DNA from: a virus
Taxonomy: Duplodnaviria; Caudoviricetes
Length of the DNA: 64,000 nucleotides
IMG/VR virus record: IMGVR_UViG_3300028832_000128
Location: 11,586 to 75,585 of that record
Direction: 5' to 3' (one strand)
The position numbers and the translations under genes are program-made. The notes beneath the pieces were generated by a model. The model had not been told where the DNA came from. It did not search any database and was given only the letters and a program-made list of their open reading frames with translations. Below are positions 1 to 7,347 of the stretch, piece after piece (positions within the stretch are counted from its first letter, which is position 1; every line of letters starts with the position of its first letter).

Positions 1-645
1 TGTCTCGTATTCATAGGTTCCTTCAACAGCAAACTGTTCGGCTTTACCTGTTTCGGCGTTATAGGTAACCAAAATATCATATCCTTCAAAAATTTCATGA
101 CCTTTAAAATCGTCGGTGCCTGCTGCAACATCTGTGCTTTTGGAAAAATTTAAGCTCGCCGCTCCCAAAATTCTTGTTCCTGCAGAGCTTGAAAGATTAA
201 AACTTACTCCAAGTTCTTCATGACTTTTAACCGAATGGTTATACACGAACGCCGTTGTTGCTACTTTGTCGGATATATCGTCGTTATGTTGTGTAATTGC
301 CTCTGTTATACCTTCAAATCGCTTATTGCCCGTTATTACCTCGGTTCCTGTTATATGCACAATATTATCTTCAGGTTTTGTTTGTAACGACGAACCATCC
401 CAATAGTAATATACTCCGTCATACAAATAAGCTGTATTGTAGCTCGGATCTACTCCGCTGTCTTTTGTTGTTGTTGTAAGTGCGGTATAAATTTTTCCGT
501 CATAAAACCATTTGCTACCTCTTACATAGGGCGTTGACGGCTGGCTTCCTATAGCAATTAAAGTTACAACTCCTGCACGTCCACCACCGCCGCTTGCTCC
601 TACGGCTGCCCTTCCTGTATTAAATACTCCATCTGAATAACCCAT
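1..645 (-). CDS. Tail fibre/receptor-binding protein, 5' part (runs off the window); homolog of the DGR target at 35608-37449
   Basis: My translation from ATG at 645, MGYSDGVFNTGR...PYVRGSKWFYDGKIYTALTTTTKDSGVDP...VHITGTEVITGNK...DKVATTAFVYNH, aligns with the N-terminus of the 616-aa protein. Confidence 0.85.
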   Translation of the reverse strand, partial: MGYSDGVFNTGRAAVGASGGGGRAGVVTLIAIGSQPSTPYVRGSKWFYDGKIYTALTTTTKDSGVDPSYNTAYLYDGVYYYWDGSSLQTKPEDNIVHITGTEVITGNKRFEGITEAITQHNDDISDKVATTAFVYNHSVKSHEELGVSFNLSSSAGTRILGAASLNFSKSTDVAAGTDDFKGHEIFEGYDILVTYNAETGKAEQFAVEGTYEYET

Positions 646-691
646 TGTATCACCTCTCTAAAAAGCTTTAAGCTCATGATGAGCTTCAGGC

Positions 692-850
692 TCAAAATCG
701 CCAAGTAAGTTTTATGAATTTTCCGTCTATAAATTCATTGCTTATCGGCATATATAACCTGCTTGTAAATTCTATTTTCGGTATGTAAGGCGAATTTTTA
801 ACTTTATAATAAGCAATTCCTACCTTACCTATTTTCCATAACTTTTTAAT
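692..850 (-). CDS. Unannotated conserved 52-codon frame directly after the TGA of 851-1231 (possible readthrough extension)
   Basis: IKKLWKIGKVGIAYYKVKNSPYIPKIEFTSRLYMPISNEFIDGKFIKLTWRF; 44/52 identical to 37466-37624. Confidence 0.7.
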   Translation of the reverse strand: MKKLWKIGKVGIAYYKVKNSPYIPKIEFTSRLYMPISNEFIDGKFIKLTWRF

Positions 851-1231
851 TCACTTGTTTTCATCTTTACCGATATACTCTTCAATCATTTCTTTTGCGT
901 TTGCAAACTGAGCGTTATCGGCAATTTCTTTAATTAAAGTTTTTGCTTTTTCGAATGTAGAACTATCGGGCGTCTCTCCCTGTTCTTTCGTATAAGCTCT
1001 ATTAAATTCAGCCAAAACATTAGCTGTAAATTTCAACCAATTTATTTGTGTTTCTTCAGGTTTAGGAATAACCTGTAACGCCAACTTTACGGCTTTAATT
1101 ACATAGTTATCCACTATTTCATCATCTTTTTTTGTTTCCGTCTGTCTTATGATCCAAAGCACAACTCTAAACAAAATGTAAACTAAAATTATCCATCCAC
1201 CGTTTACAAATAAACTTTTTAAAAATTCCAT
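851..1231 (-). CDS. N-terminally membrane-anchored protein (holin- or spanin-like)
   Basis: Hydrophobic GGWIILVYILFRVVLWII followed by a helical soluble region; homolog at 37625-37999. Confidence 0.55.
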   Translation of the reverse strand: MEFLKSLFVNGGWIILVYILFRVVLWIIRQTETKKDDEIVDNYVIKAVKLALQVIPKPEETQINWLKFTANVLAEFNRAYTKEQGETPDSSTFEKAKTLIKEIADNAQFANAKEMIEEYIGKDENK

Positions 1232-1263
1232 ACTTTTTTGTCTCCGTTTTTTTTTATTTTTTA

Positions 1264-1542
1264 TTACAACTCGTTTTCCAAATCTTTTAACTCTTTCAAA
1301 CTTTTTACCTGCTCGATTTTACTTAAATCGCTTTTTAAAACTTTTATACTGTCAAACTCTACCGTCATCGTGTATCTGTCTCCGTTTGTTTCCTGATAAT
1401 GCGATACGCTTTTAACTCTGCCATACCCTTTTACTACCACCTTTTCGTTAACTTTAAATTCAGGTATGTTATTTACATCGTTACTGTCTAAATAAATTGA
1501 CTGTTTTGGTTTTTGTATATCTTCTACTTTGTTTTTAGCCAT
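1264..1542 (-). CDS. Hypothetical protein, 92 aa, probably virion/morphogenesis
   Basis: Directly downstream of capsid gene; homolog at 38035-38316. Confidence 0.7.
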   Translation of the reverse strand: MAKNKVEDIQKPKQSIYLDSNDVNNIPEFKVNEKVVVKGYGRVKSVSHYQETNGDRYTMTVEFDSIKVLKSDLSKIEQVKSLKELKDLENEL

Positions 1543-1562
1543 TTTTATCCTCTTTAAATTTG

Positions 1563-1595
1563 AAAAAGAGCAAGGGAAAAAATCCCTTGCTCTTT
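1563..1595 (-). terminator. Rho-independent terminator after major capsid gene
   Basis: aaagagcaaggga/tcccttgctcttt inverted repeat with T-run on the minus strand. Confidence 0.8.
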
Positions 1596-1601
1596 ATATA
1601 C

Positions 1602-2765
1602 TTAGGCAGTTGCACCGCAAAGGATATTAACACCGAACACGCCGTTCAATGTCTTTGCCACAAAAGGCACTTTATACCCTACGGTTCCTGTCATTTCCAA
1701 AGGTTGTGCTAAATCTTGCGGATTTTTAACAATGATTTTCTTTTTAACTCCGTCAAGATCAACAACGCCGAACGCTTCTCTTCCCAAAAGAGTTATTACA
1801 TGCACAGCACCTGTTTCGCTTGCTACGCCTGCAACGCTTTCTCTATACACTTCGGTTGCCGAAACAAATCTTATTCCATACCATTCGCCGATTTCGCCTT
1901 CGTATATATCTTTTTTATCTTGATACTTCTTTACGTCTTTCCATTCGGAATCATTCATAAAGTCGTATTCTGTATCAGGATCAACGATACATACATATTT
2001 TCCATCTTCAAACGGCATAGCTTTTGCTCTCTTAAGATCTCTTCTTGCAAGTTTAATTGCAGCAGAAGAAAGAACGTCGGTCGCAGCAATACCGGTTCCT
2101 ACAACAACTCTGAAAGCTGCTCCCGAAGGCACAGCTACAGGCAAAGCGTCAACAGTTAAAGTATCTGTTGCAGCGTCAAAATCGGTAACTTTTGTAGTAA
2201 TACCGTAATTTGGTTTTGTAGGATCAGTAAACGTTATATATCCGCCGTTCCAATGATCGTTGTTTTGTGTTAATCCGGAACATGTTACAGCTGTTTTTGT
2301 TCCTGCTGCACTTGTTACACCGTCATACTGATATGTAGAATCGGCGTCTGCTCTTCTTCTGATAAAACCTGTTCCGATACAATCGTTAATTAACGAATTG
2401 ACTGTTTCACCGCAAGCATTTGCAACAATATCAACTTTCTCTTTTACACCTTTATCAAGTGCGGTAAGAGAAGCTATTTCGGATATTTCTACAACATCAC
2501 CATACCAATCGATGGTTGCTGAAATTTCCTGTTGTTGTAATGCTTTATTTGTTACTCCGCCGGTTGCAGATTCTGTTAAAGGAGTTTTGTTTTTAGGTAA
2601 AGGTTGGTAACGAGTAAAATAAATCGTTTTACCTTTTCCTTGTTCCAATGTTCTTTTTTGTGCAAATTGCTCGGCTACCATTAAAGGTTTTGCCATAAGC
2701 AACAATCTTTTGTCATAATAAGCCTGCACAAAAGGGCTTAAGTTGGATGTAGTTGTAACTGACAT
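1602..2765 (-). CDS. Major capsid protein, N4-gp56-like, with an internal insertion
   Basis: YYDKRLL...FAQKRTL..GKGKTIYFTRYQPL N-terminus and DPLxQ/GYK-like C-terminus; follows the scaffold gene. Confidence 0.85.
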   Translation of the reverse strand: MSVTTTSNLSPFVQAYYDKRLLLMAKPLMVAEQFAQKRTLEQGKGKTIYFTRYQPLPKNKTPLTESATGGVTNKALQQQEISATIDWYGDVVEISEIASLTALDKGVKEKVDIVANACGETVNSLINDCIGTGFIRRRADADSTYQYDGVTSAAGTKTAVTCSGLTQNNDHWNGGYITFTDPTKPNYGITTKVTDFDAATDTLTVDALPVAVPSGAAFRVVVGTGIAATDVLSSAAIKLARRDLKRAKAMPFEDGKYVCIVDPDTEYDFMNDSEWKDVKKYQDKKDIYEGEIGEWYGIRFVSATEVYRESVAGVASETGAVHVITLLGREAFGVVDLDGVKKKIIVKNPQDLAQPLEMTGTVGYKVPFVAKTLNGVFGVNILCGATA

Positions 2766-2972
2766 GATAAAAACCTCCGTTTTTTCAAATTTTTTGCAAA
2801 TCTTAAACTTTTGCTTCTTTACTTCCTTACTTCTTTGCTCAATTTAAGATTGTTCTGAAAAAATCAGAGGTCTTTTATTTTTGAGTTTTTATTTTTATTT
2901 TTTTATTTAACCTTAAAGATTATCTGCTTTCGCAAGGTCTTTGTGTTAAATAAAAAAGAAAAAATATCTGTT

Positions 2973-3983
2973 TTATTTCATCTTGTTTTCAAGTTCCTTC
3001 AATTCTTTTAAATTTTTAACATTGTTAATTTTTTTAATCATATCGTCATCGTTCGTAGTCGTTTTAGTAGGTGCGGCTGAAGCAGCAGCTTGTTTTTGTT
3101 TATTCTTTTTTTCCTGCTCTGCTGCAAGTATTCTTTCTTCTCTTGCTCTGCGTGCTTCGGCAATATCTCTTATAACATATAACGACGTTATTTCCGGATG
3201 TTCGACTGTTATCTTTTTAAATTCTTTAGCAAGACTTTCTTTTTCTTCTTTGCTCATACCTTCGGTTATATCATCCCATTCGGCTTGAGCTTGCTTTTCA
3301 AGTTCTTTTCTTTGTTCTTCTATTTTTTCTTGCTTGCTTTTATCATTATTTTTAGGTTCTGTTTTGCCTGTAAATTTTTCTATAACATTTTCTATAGCTT
3401 TAATAGGATCATTCATAAATTCTTCGTTAAATTTATCAATCATCTCTTGTTTTTCTTCTTTGGTCGGCTCATTCTGTTTTTCTTTTACATTTTTAACATC
3501 CTGCTCCAACTGTTCAAGTCTTTGTTTTAACTTATCGTTTTCGGTTTTAATATTGTTGCGTTCGGCAAGTGCAGACGATTTACTTTTCTCGGCTTGTCTG
3601 CCCCATTCAACAACATCTTCAACATATTTAAACTTATCCGGAATATTGTATTTTTTCCTTAACTCATCAGTTACAGGCGTTTTTTGTTTTTTATTTACTT
3701 TATCATTTCCGGTATCATTATCATCATTATCATTATTATCTGCGTTGTTATCTTTATTATGTTCATCACTGTTATCATCGCCATCATCGTTATTGTTATC
3801 TGTATCATTGTTTTCATCGTTGTTTTCTGTGTTATTATTTTGGTTATCATCGTTGTTGTTGTCATTATTATTGTTGTTATCGTTGTTTTTATCATCAACT
3901 TTTTCATCTTTTATTTGTGTTTCCATTTGTTCTAATTCTTCAATACTTTTTACACTGTTAATTTTATTTTCCAAATCAGCCAT
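2973..3983 (-). CDS. Capsid scaffolding protein
   Basis: Acidic, Asn/Asp low-complexity and coiled-coil protein immediately upstream of the capsid gene. Confidence 0.7.
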   Translation of the reverse strand: MADLENKINSVKSIEELEQMETQIKDEKVDDKNNDNNNNNDNNNDDNQNNNTENNDENNDTDNNNDDGDDNSDEHNKDNNADNNDNDDNDTGNDKVNKKQKTPVTDELRKKYNIPDKFKYVEDVVEWGRQAEKSKSSALAERNNIKTENDKLKQRLEQLEQDVKNVKEKQNEPTKEEKQEMIDKFNEEFMNDPIKAIENVIEKFTGKTEPKNNDKSKQEKIEEQRKELEKQAQAEWDDITEGMSKEEKESLAKEFKKITVEHPEITSLYVIRDIAEARRAREERILAAEQEKKNKQKQAAASAAPTKTTTNDDDMIKKINNVKNLKELKELENKMK

Positions 3984-4218
3984 TTTGTTCTGTCTCCTTT
4001 TCTGTTATATTTTTATACTCTTTAATAGTAGACAGCTCTACTATCAACTTTTTTATTGTTTTTGCTTTACTGTGTTCGGCAAAAATTTGTTCCGGTTTAT
4101 CAGTGTTTAACATTTCGTTTAAAGATTGTTCTTTTTTTTCTTCTAAAAAAGAAAATAAAATATCACCTTCCGGTTTATTTAACATCTCGCATAACAAAAC
4201 TCTTTGTTCGTCAGTCAT
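3976..4218 (-). CDS. Hypothetical protein
   Basis: Overlaps neighbouring genes; homolog at 40744-40992. Confidence 0.65.
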   Translation of the reverse strand: MTDEQRVLLCEMLNKPEGDILFSFLEEKKEQSLNEMLNTDKPEQIFAEHSKAKTIKKLIVELSTIKEYKNITEKETEQNG

Positions 4219-4468
4219 GTCTATGCTCCTGTTGTTTTATATCAGCAGACAACTGTTTAATCGCAACTGTCAATTCTTCGATATTTTTCCAACTGTTATT
4301 AACTAATTCCTGTTGTTTTGTAATAAAATTCATAAGCTCGGTTTTTTCGTTTTTTGCGTCTTGTCTAATGGAATCAATATAATTCATACCCCATTTTGCA
4401 ACTATTACAACAAGCATTGCAAAAATACCAACAACACCAAAATCTTTTAATAATGTTGTAAAATCCAT
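4211..4468 (-). CDS. Putative holin (single N-terminal TM plus coiled coil)
   Basis: DFGVVGIFAMLVVIVAKWGM hydrophobic helix; close to the endolysin. Confidence 0.6.
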   Translation of the reverse strand: MDFTTLLKDFGVVGIFAMLVVIVAKWGMNYIDSIRQDAKNEKTELMNFITKQQELVNNSWKNIEELTVAIKQLSADIKQQEHRHD

Positions 4469-4474
4469 TTTTAT

Positions 4475-4771
4475 TTAACCCCAAAACTCAATTAACACCG
4501 AACATTCTGCTTCGGCTTTTATTCTAAATGTTCTATCGGTTCCGTCTTGCAAAATCCTTGTTTCCAAAACGCCTGCTGCCGCAAATCCACCGGCAACCAA
4601 ATTATTATCGCCCGGCGTTCCCGGATCAGCATTTACATTAAAAAAAACATTTTCCGTTAGACTAAAAACTTTCACACCTTTTGCGTCATTTGGTATTTTT
4701 ATACTTCTTACCGTAGAGCTTGCTGCAAGATATCCAAAACTACATTTGGCGTTACTTAAATCTTTTATCAT
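4475..4771 (-). CDS. Hypothetical beta-rich protein, possibly virion
   Basis: Homolog at 41255-41551. Confidence 0.6.
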   Translation of the reverse strand: MIKDLSNAKCSFGYLAASSTVRSIKIPNDAKGVKVFSLTENVFFNVNADPGTPGDNNLVAGGFAAAGVLETRILQDGTDRTFRIKAEAECSVLIEFWG

Positions 4772-4795
4772 GTTTTTTACTCCTTAATATAAAAA

Positions 4796-5059
4796 TTAAT
4801 TTTCCCAATTCGTAGGAGCAAAACATACGGTGCATTCTTTTTTATTTTCAACAAGTTCCGCTCCGCACCTTGCACATTTTTTTGTTTCTTTTGTCGGTTT
4901 TTCTGTTGTTTCTGTTGTTTTTTCTGTGTTTTCTGTATCTTTTGTCGCTTCTTCTGTCGGTTTTTCTGTTGTTTCTGTTGTTTTTTCTGTGTTTTCTGTA
5001 TCTTTTGTCGCTTCTTCTGTCGGTTTTTCTTGTTTTAAATCTTTTTCTTTTTTAGTCAT
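4796..5059 (-). CDS. Small zinc-ribbon protein with Thr/Glu/Lys repeat
   Basis: C-terminal CARC...CTVC; homolog at 41578-41778. Confidence 0.65.
   Translation of the reverse strand: MTKKEKDLKQEKPTEEATKDTENTEKTTETTEKPTEEATKDTENTEKTTETTEKPTKETKKCARCGAELVENKKECTVCFAPTNWEN
4892..5030. repeat. 63-bp tandem repeat (2 copies plus a partial) encoding EKPTEEATKDTENTEKTTETT
   Basis: Units start at 4892 and 4955; absent from the unit B homolog. Confidence 0.85.
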
Positions 5060-5084
5060 AGTTTTGTTCTCCTTTTAAAAAAAA

Positions 5085-5489
5085 TTAAATTATTTCAATA
5101 TGTGGAATATCTGAAAAATTTTCGTCTTTTGTTTCGCCGTTTCTATTCCAATCTCCGCCCCATCTGAAATCAGATGTTATAAGTCCTAAACTTTTAAATC
5201 TTTCAGCTACTCCTAACCAATATCCGGCTAAATATGCAAACCTTTCTCTATTCTTCCAATCTATAGGATAAGGAGCAATATCAATAGCTTGCGAAGGAAC
5301 AAGTAAATGTTTGGAGTTCATCGTTTTGCTTTTACCTTCTTTAACATATTGTGCCTGCTGCTCTTTTGTTCTTATTGTAGATTCTAAAACAGTAAAATCT
5401 ATTTTTTCTATAACAGCCATAGCAACAACTTGTATATCTCTATGGCATTGTCTGAGCAACGAAAAACTTTTTTCTCCAAACTTTGGCAT
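5085..5489 (-). CDS. Endolysin, M15-family (L-Ala-D-Glu) peptidase
   Basis: RTKEQQ, SKH, AID, RWGGDW and D.PHIE motifs typical of T5-endolysin-like enzymes. Confidence 0.9.
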   Translation of the reverse strand: MPKFGEKSFSLLRQCHRDIQVVAMAVIEKIDFTVLESTIRTKEQQAQYVKEGKSKTMNSKHLLVPSQAIDIAPYPIDWKNRERFAYLAGYWLGVAERFKSLGLITSDFRWGGDWNRNGETKDENFSDIPHIEII

Positions 5490-5499
5490 TTTAATACCT

Positions 5500-5778
5500 C
5501 TATTTCATTCCTAAATAATCTATAACCGCTTTTGCTTCATCATCTATACTTAAAGGTCTTGTAAGAATTTTTCTTTGTAAAGCTGTTTTTGCTTTAGCTA
5601 TATATTGTTTTTTAGTCTCTCCGTTATCTCTATACTTACAACCTTTACAATCGGCTTTACTGTCAAGCCAAATTTTGTCATGGTTACAAAAATAATCACC
5701 TTCAAAAGTGTCAAACTGTCTAAAAATACAATCGTTTTCTTTTACTTCAATAATTGCGTATCTTTTCTCTTTAGCCAT
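5500..5778 (-). CDS. Cys-rich hypothetical protein
   Basis: Conserved C/CxxC pattern; homolog at 42202-42477. Confidence 0.6.
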   Translation of the reverse strand: MAKEKRYAIIEVKENDCIFRQFDTFEGDYFCNHDKIWLDSKADCKGCKYRDNGETKKQYIAKAKTALQRKILTRPLSIDDEAKAVIDYLGMK

Positions 5779-6361
5779 GTTTCACCTCTTGTAAAACATA
5801 ATACTTGTTACAGTTTCGGCATTTAAAAGTATATCCGTCAATTATTCTATCGATATAAATTTCTTTATGACAATCATCACATCTAAAAAAACGATCGTTT
5901 ACATTTGTTTTTTCATCAAACTTTACAATAGTGCATTTTTCTTTTACAAAAACTTCTTTTGTTGTTACATCGTCATTCAGTTTATCTTCGTGTTTTCCGC
6001 AACAACATAATCCTTCTTTGCCTTTTTCTGTCGCATTATCTGTAATATCTTGAGAAAAACAAGCTTCAAGTAAAATTAAATAATTAACAGTATCGCCTAT
6101 TTTTTCATCAAGTATATTTTGACTTGGCAAAATACCATGTTTTTCGTATTTTTCAACCATATCAACAACACTTACTAAGTGTTTGTTTAACATACCAAGT
6201 AAAGCGTATTCTTTTGTATTACATCTAAAAAAACTTTTTGCTTCGTTAAAATTATGCAACCTGTCGTTTTTACTTGCGTATTCTTTAGCTTTGTTGCCTA
6301 AAACTTTATTTATTTTTTCTATACGGCTTTTTAATACTTTTTCAAAATCTTCATTTGTCAT
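5771..6361 (-). CDS. MazG-like/nucleotide-modification-associated all-alpha protein with C-terminal zinc finger
   Basis: K..EYA...DRLHNF...GMLNKHLVSV.D...EKIGD.INY.LL pattern; two C-terminal CxxC. Confidence 0.5.
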   Translation of the reverse strand: MTNEDFEKVLKSRIEKINKVLGNKAKEYASKNDRLHNFNEAKSFFRCNTKEYALLGMLNKHLVSVVDMVEKYEKHGILPSQNILDEKIGDTVNYLILLEACFSQDITDNATEKGKEGLCCCGKHEDKLNDDVTTKEVFVKEKCTIVKFDEKTNVNDRFFRCDDCHKEIYIDRIIDGYTFKCRNCNKYYVLQEVKHG

Positions 6362-6603
6362 GCTTTTGTCTCCTTAAATTCAAATCCTAATAATTTACAA
6401 ATATTTTCTGCTGTTTCTTTTTTTACTTTTTCAAAATCACAAACTACAACAAACCTACCTTTTTCATATCTGTAAATTCCGCTCATGTTAAAATAAATAT
6501 TTTTCTTAAACAAAAACTGAGCGTTTATTTTTTTAATATAACATTCTCTATATCCGTTATCTTTGGCAACTTCTGCAATTTTTACAAACGTCTTAAAATT
6601 CAT
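6358..6603 (-). CDS. Hypothetical protein
   Basis: Nearly identical homolog at 43054-43296. Confidence 0.7.
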   Translation of the reverse strand: MNFKTFVKIAEVAKDNGYRECYIKKINAQFLFKKNIYFNMSGIYRYEKGRFVVVCDFEKVKKETAENICKLLGFEFKETKA

Positions 6604-6711
6604 ACTTTTTGCGTCTCCTTAATTATTCCTTTTTCTGCTATCTCTGCCGTTTCGGCTCCGGCAGAAAAAGTTAAAACCCCGGAGCCATGCTGTATTTTAA
6701 GGAGACAGCAT

Positions 6712-7101
6712 TTAAAACGGCGGTGTATCGTCATCTTCTATGGCTTTATTATCTTGTTGTTGTTCCGGTTGTGTATCAGAACTCTTTTTTTCAACAACAA
6801 TTCTTATAACTCTACTTGCTGAAATTTTAATGTAAGTTCTTTTTTCTCCGTTATACTCTTCGGTATTTGTTTCAAGTTTTCCGTAAACTATAACCGGTTC
6901 ACCTTTTTTTAATAACATTGGTTTCCAAAGAACACAATTAAAAAAATACGCTCTGTTTACCCATTCGCCTGTATTTTTGTTTTTATAATCATCATTACAA
7001 GCGATTGCAAAAGTTGTCAGCTCTTTTCCTGAATTAGTCATTCTTTGCACACTGTCGGCAGTAACTCTGCCTGAAAGCGTTACACTGTTTAAATCTACCA
7101 C
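6712..7101 (-). CDS. ssb: Single-stranded DNA-binding protein
   Basis: LNSVTLSGRVTAD N-terminus; acidic C-terminal DDDTPPF tail. Confidence 0.92.
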   Translation of the reverse strand: MVDLNSVTLSGRVTADSVQRMTNSGKELTTFAIACNDDYKNKNTGEWVNRAYFFNCVLWKPMLLKKGEPVIVYGKLETNTEEYNGEKRTYIKISASRVIRIVVEKKSSDTQPEQQQDNKAIEDDDTPPF

Positions 7102-7137
7102 TTTTTTCTGTCTCCTTATTTTTTAAAATTTTTGCAA

Positions 7138-7155
7138 ATTATCAATATTGATAAT
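7138..7155. promoter_or_regulatory. Isolated copy of the 18-bp origin palindrome ATTATCAATATTGATAAT
   Basis: Same palindrome as the iterons inside the initiator gene; conserved at 44274-44291. Confidence 0.6.
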
Positions 7156-7248
7156 CCGCCCGGCTTGAAAAAAAATTTTCAAAATCTACAACTAATAAAA
7201 AGCTTTTAATTTCTTAAAAAACTTTGCTTATCATTTTTGATAATTCTT

Positions 7249-7347
7249 CGCCATCTGTTTGATTCGAACAAACATCGCCATCTGTCTAAATCTATTATTT
7301 AATAGACTTAAAGTCGTTGGAATTTTAACCATTTAAACTAAGACAGC
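7249..7347 (-). ncRNA. tRNA-like RNA, 99 nt, with a long helix in place of the anticodon arm
   Basis: GCTGTCT/AGATGGC acceptor, D-arm with GG, GTTTG-TTCGAAT-CAAAC T-arm; compensatory changes vs 44392-44490. Confidence 0.8.

Noticed and set aside
851-853. Genome-wide TGA reassignment
   Set aside because: TGA ends genes in ATGA overlaps (6358-6361, 15861-15864) and conserved genes are not TGA-interrupted under code 11; any readthrough would be local
3700-3900. Trinucleotide-like repeats in the scaffold gene
   Set aside because: Explained by Asn/Asp low-complexity coding sequence
1716-4382. Long plus-strand ORFs opposite late genes (e.g. 1716-2159, 3334-4110; likewise 23390-23803, 60610-61182)
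   Set aside because: Antisense shadows of Lys/Glu/Asn-rich genes; Phe/Ser/Leu-biased, no RBS, frames not conserved between units
7300-7320. CT-TTA-A loop in the 99-nt RNA read as an ochre-suppressor anticodon, or a tRNA with an intron
   Set aside because: Only 2 bp would close that loop, and the 12-bp helix using the same bases is covariation-supported; no matching second exon stem
7249-7347. 99-nt RNA as a tmRNA fragment
   Set aside because: Has a D stem, U3-G70 rather than G3-U70, no CCA and no tag frame
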